From contig CBFFRP010000069.1 of assembly GCA_965644295.1 (NCBI GenBank), positions 1-64,000 on the forward strand: DNA of 64,000 nucleotides, in the 5' to 3' direction. Shown here piece after piece: positions 12,783 through 24,036 of this stretch (its first letter is position 1; every line of letters begins with the position of its first letter). This DNA comes from Paraphysomonas bandaiensis (taxonomy: Eukaryota > Protista > Chrysophyceae). Position numbers and translations under genes: made by a program. Below the pieces are notes generated by a model. The model was not told the DNA's origin and did no database searches. It saw only the letters and a program-made list of their open reading frames with translations.

Positions 12783-14232
12783 TGGTAGCGAGCGAGGAGG
12801 AGAGAAGGAGGATAGAGGAGTAGTGCCACAGTTTAATGAGAGCAATGTTGAACAATGGGTTGAAGACTTCGAAACGTTCCTCATGAGGAAAGAGCAAAGT
12901 GAAGTAGCGGTGGAGCCACTACCGAAGGAGAGCGACTTCGGGGAACAGCCACTCACGTTAATGGAGGAGAAGTCTTACAGACAGGCTGTGAAGAAGTACT
13001 GGAAGGCGAATGCCATAGCGTATTCGTACTGTAGAGAGGCAGTGCAATCATCTTCGAAGGCGCTTCAGAAATTCCATCTTTTACATAAAGGGTTCAAGGC
13101 TGATGGAAGAGGAAGCAACAGGTTTAAGGCGCATATTATGATTGATGAGTTGAAGAAGTGCTTTGCTGGAGGGAAGCAAAACAAGATCAGTGAACTGTTG
13201 ACTCAGTATGGCTCTTTCCGTATGCGTCCGGAGGAGACTGCGAAGGACTATATAATACGGTTTGAAATACTGCTGAAAGAGCTACAGGAGCAGCAGCAGG
13301 ACATATCGGAGCTCTCAAAAATAACACGGTTACGAGAAGGTCTGTTGAATGAAGAATATGCTCCTCTGAATGTTGCTTTGTATTTGATGCCTGATGATGT
13401 TGATTATGCAACATTATCAAGGAAGATAGAACGGTATGATGATACCATTCCTGGAAGGATTGCGTTAGAGCGGAAACGCAAGAAGGTGGAGGAGCTGAAT
13501 TTCATTGAAAAGAGCAAACGGTCTCGAACGGAACGGGATAAGCGTAAGAAGGGCAACTGTAGATATTGCAGGAAAGAAGGAATTCCTCATAGCCATTCAA
13601 CTGAACAGTGCAGGAGGAAGCAGAGGAAGAAGGATGGAGAGATATCAGGGCAGCGTCCTGGAAGTGCTGAGTATACGGGATGCAGAAATTGCAAGTCTCT
13701 GGAACATCTTGCTGCTGATTGTCCAACGACGAAGAAAAAGCATTCTAGAAGAGGAGAGAAAGGGAAGAATCATGGTAGGAAGCCGGACAAAAGGCTGCTG
13801 ACAGTAGAGAATATACGGCGTGGAGAACCAGCTGATTTCTCTGATGAAGATGAAGCTAATATGATCGAGGATGTTATGAAATTGTCATGCAATATACATG
13901 AGACGAATATATGTAGTGTAAATGATGACATGCATTATACATATATTGACACCTGCTGTTCATCATCAATGTTCTTGATGAATGATGTGACCATGCTTGA
14001 CACTCATATGAATACATCAAAGGTGATAAACGGCTCTAAGAAGGGATCAGAGATTCATATCACAAGTGTGGGTTCCCGTGGAGCATGGAGAGACATAGAA
14101 ATTTCAGATCAGATCAATCGATGCCTGTGCTCCGGACGTAAGCTGAACGAAATGGGCTATCGATTCACGGTGTGGTATGGGATCCAAATTTATGACTGTA
14201 ATACTGGTGAACTGGTACTGGAGGACCCATGA
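12766..14232 (+). CDS. Copia gag (two CCHC knuckles) plus aspartic protease
   Basis: CRYCRKEGIPHSHSTEQC, CRNCKSLEHLAADC and protease-like YIDTCCS. The ATG lies inside the 5' LTR. Frameshift at ~14225. Confidence 0.9.
   Translation: MSISQYGSERGGEKEDRGVVPQFNESNVEQWVEDFETFLMRKEQSEVAVEPLPKESDFGEQPLTLMEEKSYRQAVKKYWKANAIAYSYCREAVQSSSKALQKFHLLHKGFKADGRGSNRFKAHIMIDELKKCFAGGKQNKISELLTQYGSFRMRPEETAKDYIIRFEILLKELQEQQQDISELSKITRLREGLLNEEYAPLNVALYLMPDDVDYATLSRKIERYDDTIPGRIALERKRKKVEELNFIEKSKRSRTERDKRKKGNCRYCRKEGIPHSHSTEQCRRKQRKKDGEISGQRPGSAEYTGCRNCKSLEHLAADCPTTKKKHSRRGEKGKNHGRKPDKRLLTVENIRRGEPADFSDEDEANMIEDVMKLSCNIHETNICSVNDDMHYTYIDTCCSSSMFLMNDVTMLDTHMNTSKVINGSKKGSEIHITSVGSRGAWRDIEISDQINRCLCSGRKLNEMGYRFTVWYGIQIYDCNTGELVLEDP
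12783..12792 (+). promoter_or_regulatory. Primer binding site TGGTAGCGAG (initiator tRNA-Met-like 3' end)
   Basis: Starts immediately after the LTR with TGG. Resembles the Ty1 PBS TGGTAGCG. Confidence 0.75.
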
Positions 14233-15172
14233 AGAATGGAATGACTGCAGTTCCAACTCAGCAGTTGTTGGAGCTTCCAGATGTGTCTACACCGAGTAAT
14301 TGTGAAGTAAATCTTAGCGATAGGACTGGTGAGGACGAGCTGGAGTTGCTGCATCGGAGAGCGGGTCACTTCAACAAACATGCTTTAGTGGAGGCACATA
14401 AGAGGATGCTCATCATGGGTACAGGGTTGAAACGAAAACACCTCACAGCCAAGGTACACAAAAATCAGTGTTTGTGTGATGTGTGTGCCAGGTCTAAGAT
14501 AACCCGAGTCAGCTTCCGAACGAAGGACGAGAATTCCGTTAGACCGAATTTTTCAGCAGATATCGCTGTGTACTTAAATTGTCCTGCTAGAGGAGGTGAG
14601 AGGTATGTGTTAAAGATAACGCATCATGCCAGCAAAATGTTCTGGGCGACGGGTTTAGTCCACAGAACTGGGGAAGCGGTCTTAGAAGTCTTCAAAGAGC
14701 TATTTAGAGGAGATGTTAAAAGGTACAAGCTCAAGATGGAGCACTATCATGCAGATGGTGCAGGAGAATTAATCAGTGAAGAGCTGCGTCAGTATCTTAG
14801 GACACAGGAGTGCTATCAACATACGTGGAGCTCAACAGACTCTCCAGAAATGAATGCCATAGAGGAGAGGAAGTTCAGAACTGCTGGAGAGATGACTCTT
14901 GCAATGCTAATCCAATCTGGACTGCCACCGCAATTTTGGCTGGATGCATACATGGCAGCCAGATATATTTTGATTCGATTGCCAACGAAAACAGATAAAG
15001 GGTATATGTCTCCTATAGAGTTTCTAACGGGCGAGCCTCCAAATTTGAGATATCTTAGGGTATGGGGGTGTCGAACTTATGTTCTTTCACCGAAGGCGGA
15101 TCGACGAAAGGATTGGGAGGATAAGGCTCTAGTTGGATATTTAATGGGTTACTCTGATGAGAAGGTAGGATA
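14229..15172 (+). CDS. Copia integrase (interrupted by an insertion)
   Basis: LLHRRAGH...CDVC zinc domain, ADGAGE, MNAIEERKFRT, LRVWGC and MGYS motifs. The frame resumes at 16400 after the TSD (GY-HVYLPESNKVVTT). Confidence 0.92.
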
Positions 15173-16384
15173 TTGAAAATCTGATTATTAAGAAGCGCAA
15201 GCTTGTGCGTTGCCGCGACCAACCTAACAACTCGCGCGACACTATGCATAACATGACTCTCATCTAGTTACTATTGCATGCACCGACAAGTGCTCAACTA
15301 TACAACACGATTTAGTTAGCTACATGGGCATACGACGAGTTGCGTGTTTAAGCCGGATCATACGCTCCTGCCCAATCTACTTGTCCTAACACAAACAACT
15401 TGCGGTCGGTGTCTTCGGCATATGTCTCCTGTATATGCGGCAGATCTTTAGGGCCCTCTTCAAGGTGGTGTTCACAGCAGCAGGTAGTCTGGAAGGGAGA
15501 ATAAAGTAGCTCTATAGCGCCGGGTCCTCCCACGGTCACGAAGCGGTCTCACTGGTGCAATTTTGCACACTGACGCATGAAACAGACATCTACCAAAATC
15601 TGTTACAAATTCAAGCTGACTCCAATGTCTTCCCTCCATTGTGTGCACTCATCCAGCACATGCATCCACCTTGCACTCTTCTCCCGAGTGACTTACACTA
15701 GTAGGAAACCGTGCACCTTCCCCGCTCGGATGAAAACCTACTAAGCAAGAATAACATAAAAGCACCACAAATGTACCTGACACTGCTTGGAGAACAGTGC
15801 CAGAGTCTTGATATAATCTCAATGACCTGGGTCAGGAGAAACCAAGACTAGGCAGTAGACGTGTGAGAAGACATGACAGGTCTAATCACATCATTGCCAT
15901 TGCCATGCATCCATGAGGAAAGTTTGACGCATTACCTCGGTCATTGGCCACATAGATACCGAATAATGTGAACTCATACCCAGCATCAATCACTCAAAGC
16001 AAACGCAGGGAGCAAGCAGAATGTTGTTATACCTGACATCTGCTGACTTCAGGTGTTTTGAGTTCTTAAGGTGAACATCCCGGATGCTTAACTTCAGCAG
16101 GCAGCCCAATACCCCGGTTACCCTTCTGGTGGGCCCTGTGTCCCGGATGCCCTTGAGGTGGGCCCATTCCCGGATGCCTGTTTATTCGTCAGGGCCCAAA
16201 GACGTCTACACAAGTGACACTTATTAGTGTCCCTTGTACCACACAAGCATTTGGCTATGAGTGGGCAGAACAATATATCTGCTGACTATATAATATGCGG
16301 CTCACGTTAGTTTCCCGGAGAAATATCTCCGGTACTTATCCCCCAGAACACCACGAAAAGGTGCGAGTCCGACTTTGTTGAGGG
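15173..16384 (-). mobile_element. 1212-bp non-coding SINE-like (non-autonomous non-LTR) insertion in the Copia integrase
   Basis: 15-bp TSD TGAGAAGGTAGGATA (15158-15172, 16385-16399). Removing the insert restores the integrase frame. Its 5' ~400 nt match a repeat found throughout the window. Confidence 0.9.
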
Positions 16385-16399
16385 TGAGAAGGTAGGATA

Positions 16400-18323
16400 C
16401 CATGTATATCTTCCTGAATCAAACAAGGTGGTGACTACAGTCCATATATTGACTGATGAGTCAACGCCATCACGATCAGAGAAGTATTTCGCAGAGATTG
16501 ATGCTCTTCGAGTGCGGGAGGCCGCTAGACCCAAGCTTGCATCCGACTATGTCAGCTTAGAAGGAACGTATCATATTGATGATGAGGACGGACTTCTGTA
16601 TAAGACAACAAGAGTTGTAGAACGTAAGGGTGTGATTGTAGCATACCGTTCACTTGTTACTGCAGGTCGCGAGCATATAGAGCACCGGGTGCCTATACAC
16701 GTCGAAGACGTGGTGCGTATGACTGCAGAAACCCCCGGGAATACCGGGTACATAGGAAAGGGGGACGCCCTGAGTACTACGCCAGCCAGGGAGCTGGACC
16801 AGGGAAGACCTGGAGGGTTCCAGGAGAGTCCTGACCCAACCTGTCAACAGACAGTCGTGAGGTTGCAGACCTCGACAGACCGTGGGTCTGGGGATGCGAG
16901 CGGGGCTCCTCCCACACCGCAAGATTTGCGGGCTCAGGATGAGCAAGGTATGGGTTCGTATATATCTACTAGACGACCTATTGAACTAGATGGTGATGGT
17001 CGTGTACGGCGGAAACGGCTACAGCGTAGGTTGGCGAACGCATCGGTGTTAGGAGAAATAAATATGGTTGAGGTGCCAGATGCATGCACTGTTAACTTTA
17101 AACATGCAGAGTTTCAACATGATGACTTTAAGATACCAGACTCCTATGCTGAAGCGGAGAGATCTCCACAGTACATGAAGTGGCGAGAAGCTCGGAAGGT
17201 GGAGAAGACCTCACTACTGAAGAGACGTGTCTTAAAGATTGTGCGGACTCCACGGGGAGTGAAGTTGGTGCGAGCAAAGTATGTTCACACGGTGAAGAGA
17301 GACCTTCTGGGGAATGTAGTCAAGTATAAGGCGCGGCTGGTTGCATTAGGGAATCTACAAGAAAAAACGGAGGAGGAGCAGTCCACGTTTGCTCCAGTGG
17401 TCAAAGGAATAACCATTCGACTGGTCCTCGCGATTGCGTTTATGTTCCATATGCATGTACATCAGTTGGATGTATCATCAGCGTTTTGTTATGCCGATCT
17501 TGAAGAGGATGTTTATATGGCACCTCCACCTGATGAAGAGTTGCCAGCGGGGTGGTGTTTTCAATTGATCAAGGCCTTATATGGTTTGCGGTCATCACCG
17601 AGGCAGTGGAACAAGCATATTGACAAGTTTATCAAATCGTTACATTTTACTGCTTGCATTTTAGATACATGCTTGTATATGCGATGGAGTAATGGTCAAT
17701 TGCACTTATTGCTGATATATGTTGATGATATTATCATTGCATCTGCTGATCTCACCTACTTAGAAAGTGTTAAACGTAGGTTCTGCGAAACGTTTGAAAT
17801 GCACGATCTGGGTGTGTGCAAACGGTTTCTGAATATCAGAATCACGAGAGGCGAGGACTGGTACATGTTAGATCAATCGGAATATGCCAAGAATATTGTA
17901 AAGAAATTCAGTTCGTTTATGGGAAAGAGCAGTAAGAATAAGGAGACTCCACTACCTACCAATGTTCAGGATTTGTTGACAGATCAACGTGAGCTGACGG
18001 AGGAGCAGAAGCAGTGGGTCGAATCATTTCCGTATAGAGGAATTATTGGAGCGGTATTGCATTTGGCGATTCACACTAGACCTGATCTGGCTTACGCTGT
18101 GGGGTTATTGGCTCGATTTAGTACTTCTCCAACATATGCGACTTGCAGATTAGCTATTCATTTGTTGAAATATTTACGTGGTACCGTTGATAAGGGAATC
18201 AGATTCAGTGGGAGTGAGTTTGATTTACATGTATTCAGTGATTCAGACTGGGCTGGGGATAGGATGACTCGGCGGTCCACAACGGGATACATCGTGTTTT
18301 TATGTGCGGGCGCATTGGCCTAA
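16400..18323 (+). CDS. Copia integrase C-terminus and reverse transcriptase
   Basis: KARLVALG, QLDVSSAF, KALYGLRSSPRQW, YVDD, RPDL and SDSDWAGD motifs. Confidence 0.95.
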
Positions 18324-19278
18324 ACTGTTCATTTTGTTCAGCGAACCGCTGCTGAAGGAACTCCATAATGTTTGGAACCTCTTCTTCCGAACTCATAATC
18401 GACAATAAGAATAAACAATGTTTCTTTCTATCCGACTAAAGTATTAATACTGTAATCTTTCTGATGAGAAAGACCGTGTTTACAACGTTCTAAGAATTTA
18501 AAGTGCTTCCCAAACCGAGAATACACTGTCCAGAACACCAAACCGGTGAAACTGCCTCCTAACACAAGCAAACCGCGAGTATAGCATATCAAATCGTTAC
18601 ATTTTACTGCTTGCATTTTAGATACATGCTTGTATATGCGATGGAGTAATGGTCAATTGCACTTATTGCTGATATATGTTGATGATATTATCATTGCATC
18701 TGCTGATCTCACCTACTTAGAAAGTGTTAAACGTAGGTTCTGCGAAACGTTTGAAATGCACGATCTGGGTGTGTGCAAACGGTTTCTGAATATCAGAATC
18801 ACGAGAGGCGAGGACTGGTACATGTTAGATCAATCGGAATATGCCAAGAATATTGTAAAGAAATTCAGTTCGTTTATGGGAAAGAGCAGTAAGAATAAGG
18901 AGACTCCACTACCTACCAATGTTCAGGATTTGTTGACAGATCAACGTGAGCTGACGGAGGAGCAGAAGCAGTGGGTCGAATCATTTCCGTATAGAGGAAT
19001 TATTGGAGCGGTATTGCATTTGGCGATTCACACTAGACCTGATCTGGCTTACGCTGTGGGGTTATTGGCTCGATTTAGTACTTCTCCAACATATGCGACT
19101 TGCAGATTAGCTATTCATTTGTTGAAATATTTACGTGGTACCGTTGATAAGGGAATCAGATTCAGTGGGAGTGAGTTTGATTTACATGTATTCAGTGATT
19201 CAGACTGGGCTGGGGATAGGATGACTCGGCGGTCCACAACGGGATACATCGTGTTTTTATGTGCGGGCGCATTGGCCT
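17630..19278 (+). repeat. 692-bp direct duplication of RT/RH (17630-18321 = 18587-19278) around a 265-bp foreign filler
   Basis: The two copies are identical by eye, offset 957 bp. Confidence 0.93.
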
Positions 19279-19708
19279 GGCAGTCCAAGCTTCAGACCAC
19301 AGTTGCGACTTCGAGCGTGGAATCTGAGTATATGGCGGAGTATGCGGCTATGCAAGAACTGGTGTGGCTTCGGGGGGTGTTCAAGGAGCTCGGACTCTTG
19401 GTAGCGAAGCCGACTCCATTCTTTATGGATAGTAAGAGTGCAAAGGATCTTTCAGAGAATCCAGTGTATCATAAGAGGTCGAAGCATATTGACATCACAA
19501 GTATCACTGGATAAGAGAACATGTTAATGGAAAATTTCCTACAGCAAAGTGGATTCATGTATCTACGGATGATATGGCGGCTGATATTTTTACAAAGGCG
19601 TTGTCCACGAAGATCTTCAGTCGTCATGAGAAAACGATTACCGGGGTTAAGAGGAGTGTGTCTAACAGTGTGGAGGAGCAGCAGAAGAAACGACCCCGAA
19701 GAGGTTAA
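18587..19708 (+). pseudogene. Second RT C-terminal copy plus RNase H, with a frameshift
   Basis: SSVESEY and HKRSKHIDI motifs, then a 2-bp extra at ~19498 before KYHWIREHV...ADIFTK. Confidence 0.9.
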
Positions 19709-19887
19709 AGGTGTGTTTTAGTGGGTGAAAATCCCACATAACCGTATATCTAGTTGACTGCTAGATATATATGTATCTTTAAAAGATTTCACATCTGTTT
19801 TTACCTATGGGACTAGATAGTCATAGCATTATCAGATTATTGTGATCACTGTTGTTTTATCTCACTGCATTCTACATTGAGTGGGAG

Positions 19888-20181
19888 TATTAGAATATGG
19901 ATCTTATTCTAGTATATTCAGTATGTCACTTGAAGACAATGTACGAGAATACAGTGAAATATAGTGATGTACAAATGTTGTGATGATATTGAGAAACTGA
20001 AATAGGTTGACCTTTCAAGATATGTTCAGTAACGAGAGGTTCGCATATGTAGGATATTATGCAGGGATTATAATGAGTTAGTGTTGGTTATCACAACTTC
20101 GTGTAAACGATACTAATAAATCTATCTAGTCTTACGACAAATTCTCTCTGTGATCTAGTGTAAAATGAGCATTTCTCAATA
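19888..20181 (+). repeat. 3' LTR (294 bp)
   Basis: Follows the PPT; followed by the TSD AAGAA. Confidence 0.95.
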
Positions 20182-20398
20182 AAGAATACAGTAGACAGTA
20201 GTAGCTAACCTTATTATGAGAACCAATGATTAATGATATGATTATGATATATATGTCTTATAATTTTTTCCTTAAAGTGTTTATCTAAGTTTTCGTACTA
20301 AGTTCAACTACTACTAATTATGTCGTTTTCTAACAGTCATTGACAAAGATACTTTGCTTATCTGCTATCTACTTGGCTCCATATTCTCACGATTAATC

Positions 20399-21579
20399 CA
20401 GGGCCTGGTAACCGTTAAAGGTAATAAAAGTACGGAAGATATTTCTCTGGGAAACTAACTTGAGCCGCATATTATATTCGCAATAGGTGTGTAGGAGTCA
20501 GAACGAATGTAGCAAAACAATTTAACTTACTAGTGCTTAACTCTGACATCCTACTATACTCAACGCTACCAAAGCTGCTTGTGCGTCACCACAAGTACCA
20601 AGGTGCAACCACTTTTGCTCTATCACTCAAACGCAGTGAGCGAGCAGAATGTTGATACACCTGACATCTACTAACTTCATTTACTACTAAGTTGTCAATA
20701 TATTTCAGCTCCTATAATTTCATTTATCCTTCTCTTGGTGAATGTAATTTCCCGAGCACCCCCTGGAAGAAAAGATTCGTACTCCAGCCAACTTTCGAGA
20801 GCTGAAACAATATATTCTTTGACGCAACTTGAAAAATTACAGAGTGTTACGCTCGCCTTACAAAGAGATGGAACCAATTTGCACCAAGGTCGCTAGTTAT
20901 TTGATATGCTGCTACAAAAATTTTCAGAGCTACATCCATACCTTTTCCTGAATGCAAGCATTGTTGCCAGTGCAAATTTTGAGAAGGCAGTGACTAAAAT
21001 TCAAGGGAACGATGAAAGATAGTTGACAGACAATGAGAGAAGAGCAGTTAGAGATCTGCAACTGGATTCATCCATTCATTGATGTTGGTGCACTCGACAG
21101 AAATAACGAGGACGAGAGTGAAGGAACTGATTTTGCACAGCGTGTTCTGAAGAGCGCCGAAGTCACCAAGAGGGTTCGACTTGGTACCTATGAGTCCAAC
21201 TTCCGCTGCTTGCTTCATCTTGAGCACAATCTAATGTTGTGGAGAGGCTCTTAAGTCGTGCAAAGTTGATTATGACACCTGGGCGTAGAAACATGAATCC
21301 ATATTGTCTAGAATTGTTGCTATTCCTACGAGCCAATTACATGTTGTGGGAAGATTATACCCTCCATGAAGCCCTGCAAGAAAATCCTGATGTGCCAGTG
21401 GAGAGCGAGAAGTAGTTACTATTCGTAGTCTGCTATTTAATTAAAAATTAGTAATTAAGGGAGCATCACACTATCTTTATTAGCGGTATTATCTACTTTA
21501 AGTTAGTAGGTATTAACGGCCATTATAATCCCGGGAACTGGACTACCATTAATGGGCCATTAATGATTACCATGCCCTG
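20399..21579 (+). mobile_element. hAT DNA-transposon relic containing SINE-like fragments (~20428-20680)
   Basis: hAT dimerization motif SNVVERLLSRAKLIMTPGRRNMNPYCLELLLFLRAN at ~21230-21340. Imperfect 20-bp TIRs CAGGGCCTGGTAACCGTTAA / CAGGGCATGGTAATCATTAA. No clear TSD. Confidence 0.75.
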
Positions 21580-21705
21580 ATTTGAAGCACATAGTATTCA
21601 GTTACATTGAATATATCGAGACAGGTTCGTAGCAAAACACAACAATAAGTATACCAACATAGGTAAAAATATATTTACCTCAAAAAATTACAAAACGTTC
21701 GACAT

Positions 21706-23619
21706 TTATAATTTATTTATATATGTCGCTAACTCTTTCATATCTTCGAGTTGCTTCTTTCTATGAGAGTATATCATGCCGTATACAATTTTCTTACTGG
21801 TACTCTTAGAGAGCATAGCATTATTCCTCTCTTTGACTAACTGCGGGTCACACTCGTGTACATACAGTGTGGCATCGGCGAGAGACACGTACATAATGAA
21901 ACAAGTTGTACCTGGTCTCATGCTTTGAGTATCTACTTTATTGGATAGATCATCTTCCCATACTCTATTTATTATATATAAACCAACTTAACGCAGGGAT
22001 GGTTACACCTCACCTGAAGTGAAACATTGCGCCCACTTGCTTCCTCAGTCTTGGAGAAACTATTTCGTTATTGGAATGCCATTTCCCCTGACCATAATAT
22101 AATTATCAATTAGATGTTATACCCGATTGCAAACCTCTAATAGGATCGCCTCATTGATGACTGCTCTACTGGAGGATAACGACTTGGGAGATATGCAGTG
22201 TCTATACTGTTCAGCTAACCAATTCATGCCGCAATCTTCTCCAGTAACTTCTTCCTACACACAAATTTCGAACAGTGTAAGCCAAGACAGTAAATTCTGA
22301 ATAAAAATGCAGTTGGACCTCCTGCATGTTAATGGGAGGCAGGGCATTGCCATGATTGCTATCTCGAACCATGCAATAACTGTTATCGAATTGAGGCTCC
22401 TGTCGAGGAATACACTGACGAATTACGCCGCACACACAACGAGAGAGATCTCCACTCTACGCAACACGTAAGTCACCACTAAGAAATATAAGGCAAACCA
22501 AAACGATATCGTTCACCACGATATATAGCAATATAAAGCACGCTGTCAGAAACTTACATTCCACACTACAGGCTTGAGGCTTTTATCTGAAAACATCCGT
22601 CCCGCAATAAGTACAGATACGCCTGGAACACTAAACACGTGTTGTGAATATGCTCCTTCTGCTGAGATGAAAATCATGCGTTTGATGGCGTTGTTGGGAA
22701 TTCCCCGTTTCATGGCCATCTGGGTAGTAGTCATCATACTAATAACATTATCCACTTGCATGTGGCTCAAATCAGTCCACAGCCAGTTCAGTGAGTCCCG
22801 ATTCCTAAATAATATATTATTAGTGTGTACAAAAAATTTAACACGCGACTTACTGATGCAATGCGAATTGTCCTCGAAGAAATAATCTGTTGGCGTCTGC
22901 AATCTTACACATTGTAATAATATCATAATCTACCAATTCCGAAGGAGACAACCACATCGATAAGTCACTCCATATAATGTCCCTATCAAAATGAATACTA
23001 AGTTGGCATACAGTATTCCAATAGCACAGGGCAACTCACGGGTCTGAGTATGTCCAGTGAGTATATTCTTTTAGGTACTCTTCAAATATAGCTCCAGACT
23101 GGACATATAACATAAATCAAACCATTGAGTTAACAAGGAATATTCTTACGCCTATTTTGAATTGGGCTAAAAAAAACGGCATTTTTCCGAGTACATGAGA
23201 GAGAAGGTGTTCTAATTTTCTCTCTTTACTGGAACCACTGGTCTTCATACTCCTTGGATTGGCCACGGCCCGAGCAATTAGTTTGGACAACCCTCCAGCA
23301 TGCAGATTAATCTTTTTCACATTAGTTGCACAAGGAAGCGCCTCGATAATAGCATTATCCTCATGAAATATGAGCATGTCAAACATATCTTTGGATGCCC
23401 CCACACTGAGGCACGACCATCCTAAATCTATGGGAAAGGTTAGACGAAATACACACGACACAGTAATCTCTCACATATCGGTGCCCCTTCACCGGCCATA
23501 GTAAGCACAATAGCACCCCGCATATTCGTTAGTGACTGATAATTCGTATCAGATGCATTGTAATTACTTGCCAGACAACTAGAAATATAAAATAGCACCA
23601 GTAACGCGATACAAGACAT
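21706..23619 (-). CDS. Multi-exon hypothetical protein with an N-terminal signal peptide
   Basis: MSCIALLVLFYISSCLAS leader followed by several ORF exons with GT-AG gaps. Family not recognised; 3' extent uncertain. Confidence 0.45.
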
Positions 23620-24036
23620 ATTCACTTGTGGAATAATACGAGGGGACTAGACTATTCACATGGAGGGTAGACCGTTCATACTTCGAAGCCCCGAGTGAGT
23701 GGGAGGCCAATATTACACAGGTCTAGGTGCATGAAATAGCAAACTATAAGAAAAAATAAACGAATTGCGCACTTCCACTTCACTTTCATGGAGCTGTTTA
23801 GGTCGGAGAACTAGACTGTATGATGTGGGTGTAGTATACTGGTATACCCGTATACCGGTACGAATTCCTATGTGGACGTAGTTGCTGGAGTATACCAGGT
23901 ATACCATTTTTTTTACACCACATTTTCTACACACTGTCTGTGTGGTGTTGGACTCCTGTGCGTGTCATGAATAGTATATGGTATATACACATGCATTCGA
24001 TCAATATGACGTTTATAAAATCAAACAAACAGCAAG

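Larger units (their letters stand above)
12489..20181 (+). mobile_element. Full-length but defective Ty1/Copia LTR retrotransposon
   Basis: Two identical LTRs, 5-bp TSD AAGAA (12484-12488, 20182-20186), PBS, PPT GAGTGGGAG, and gag-PR-INT-RT-RH domain order. Confidence 0.97.

Noticed and set aside
14225-14232. Programmed frameshift or stop-start (ATGA) between gag-PR and integrase
   Set aside because: The break is downstream of the protease, and adding one G restores a normal Copia reading (LE-G-PMKNG). More likely a 1-bp deletion.
18461-18555. Hammerhead ribozyme (CTGATGAG ... GAAAC); also CTGACGA in the SINE body
   Set aside because: Could not form stems I-III around the core by eye.
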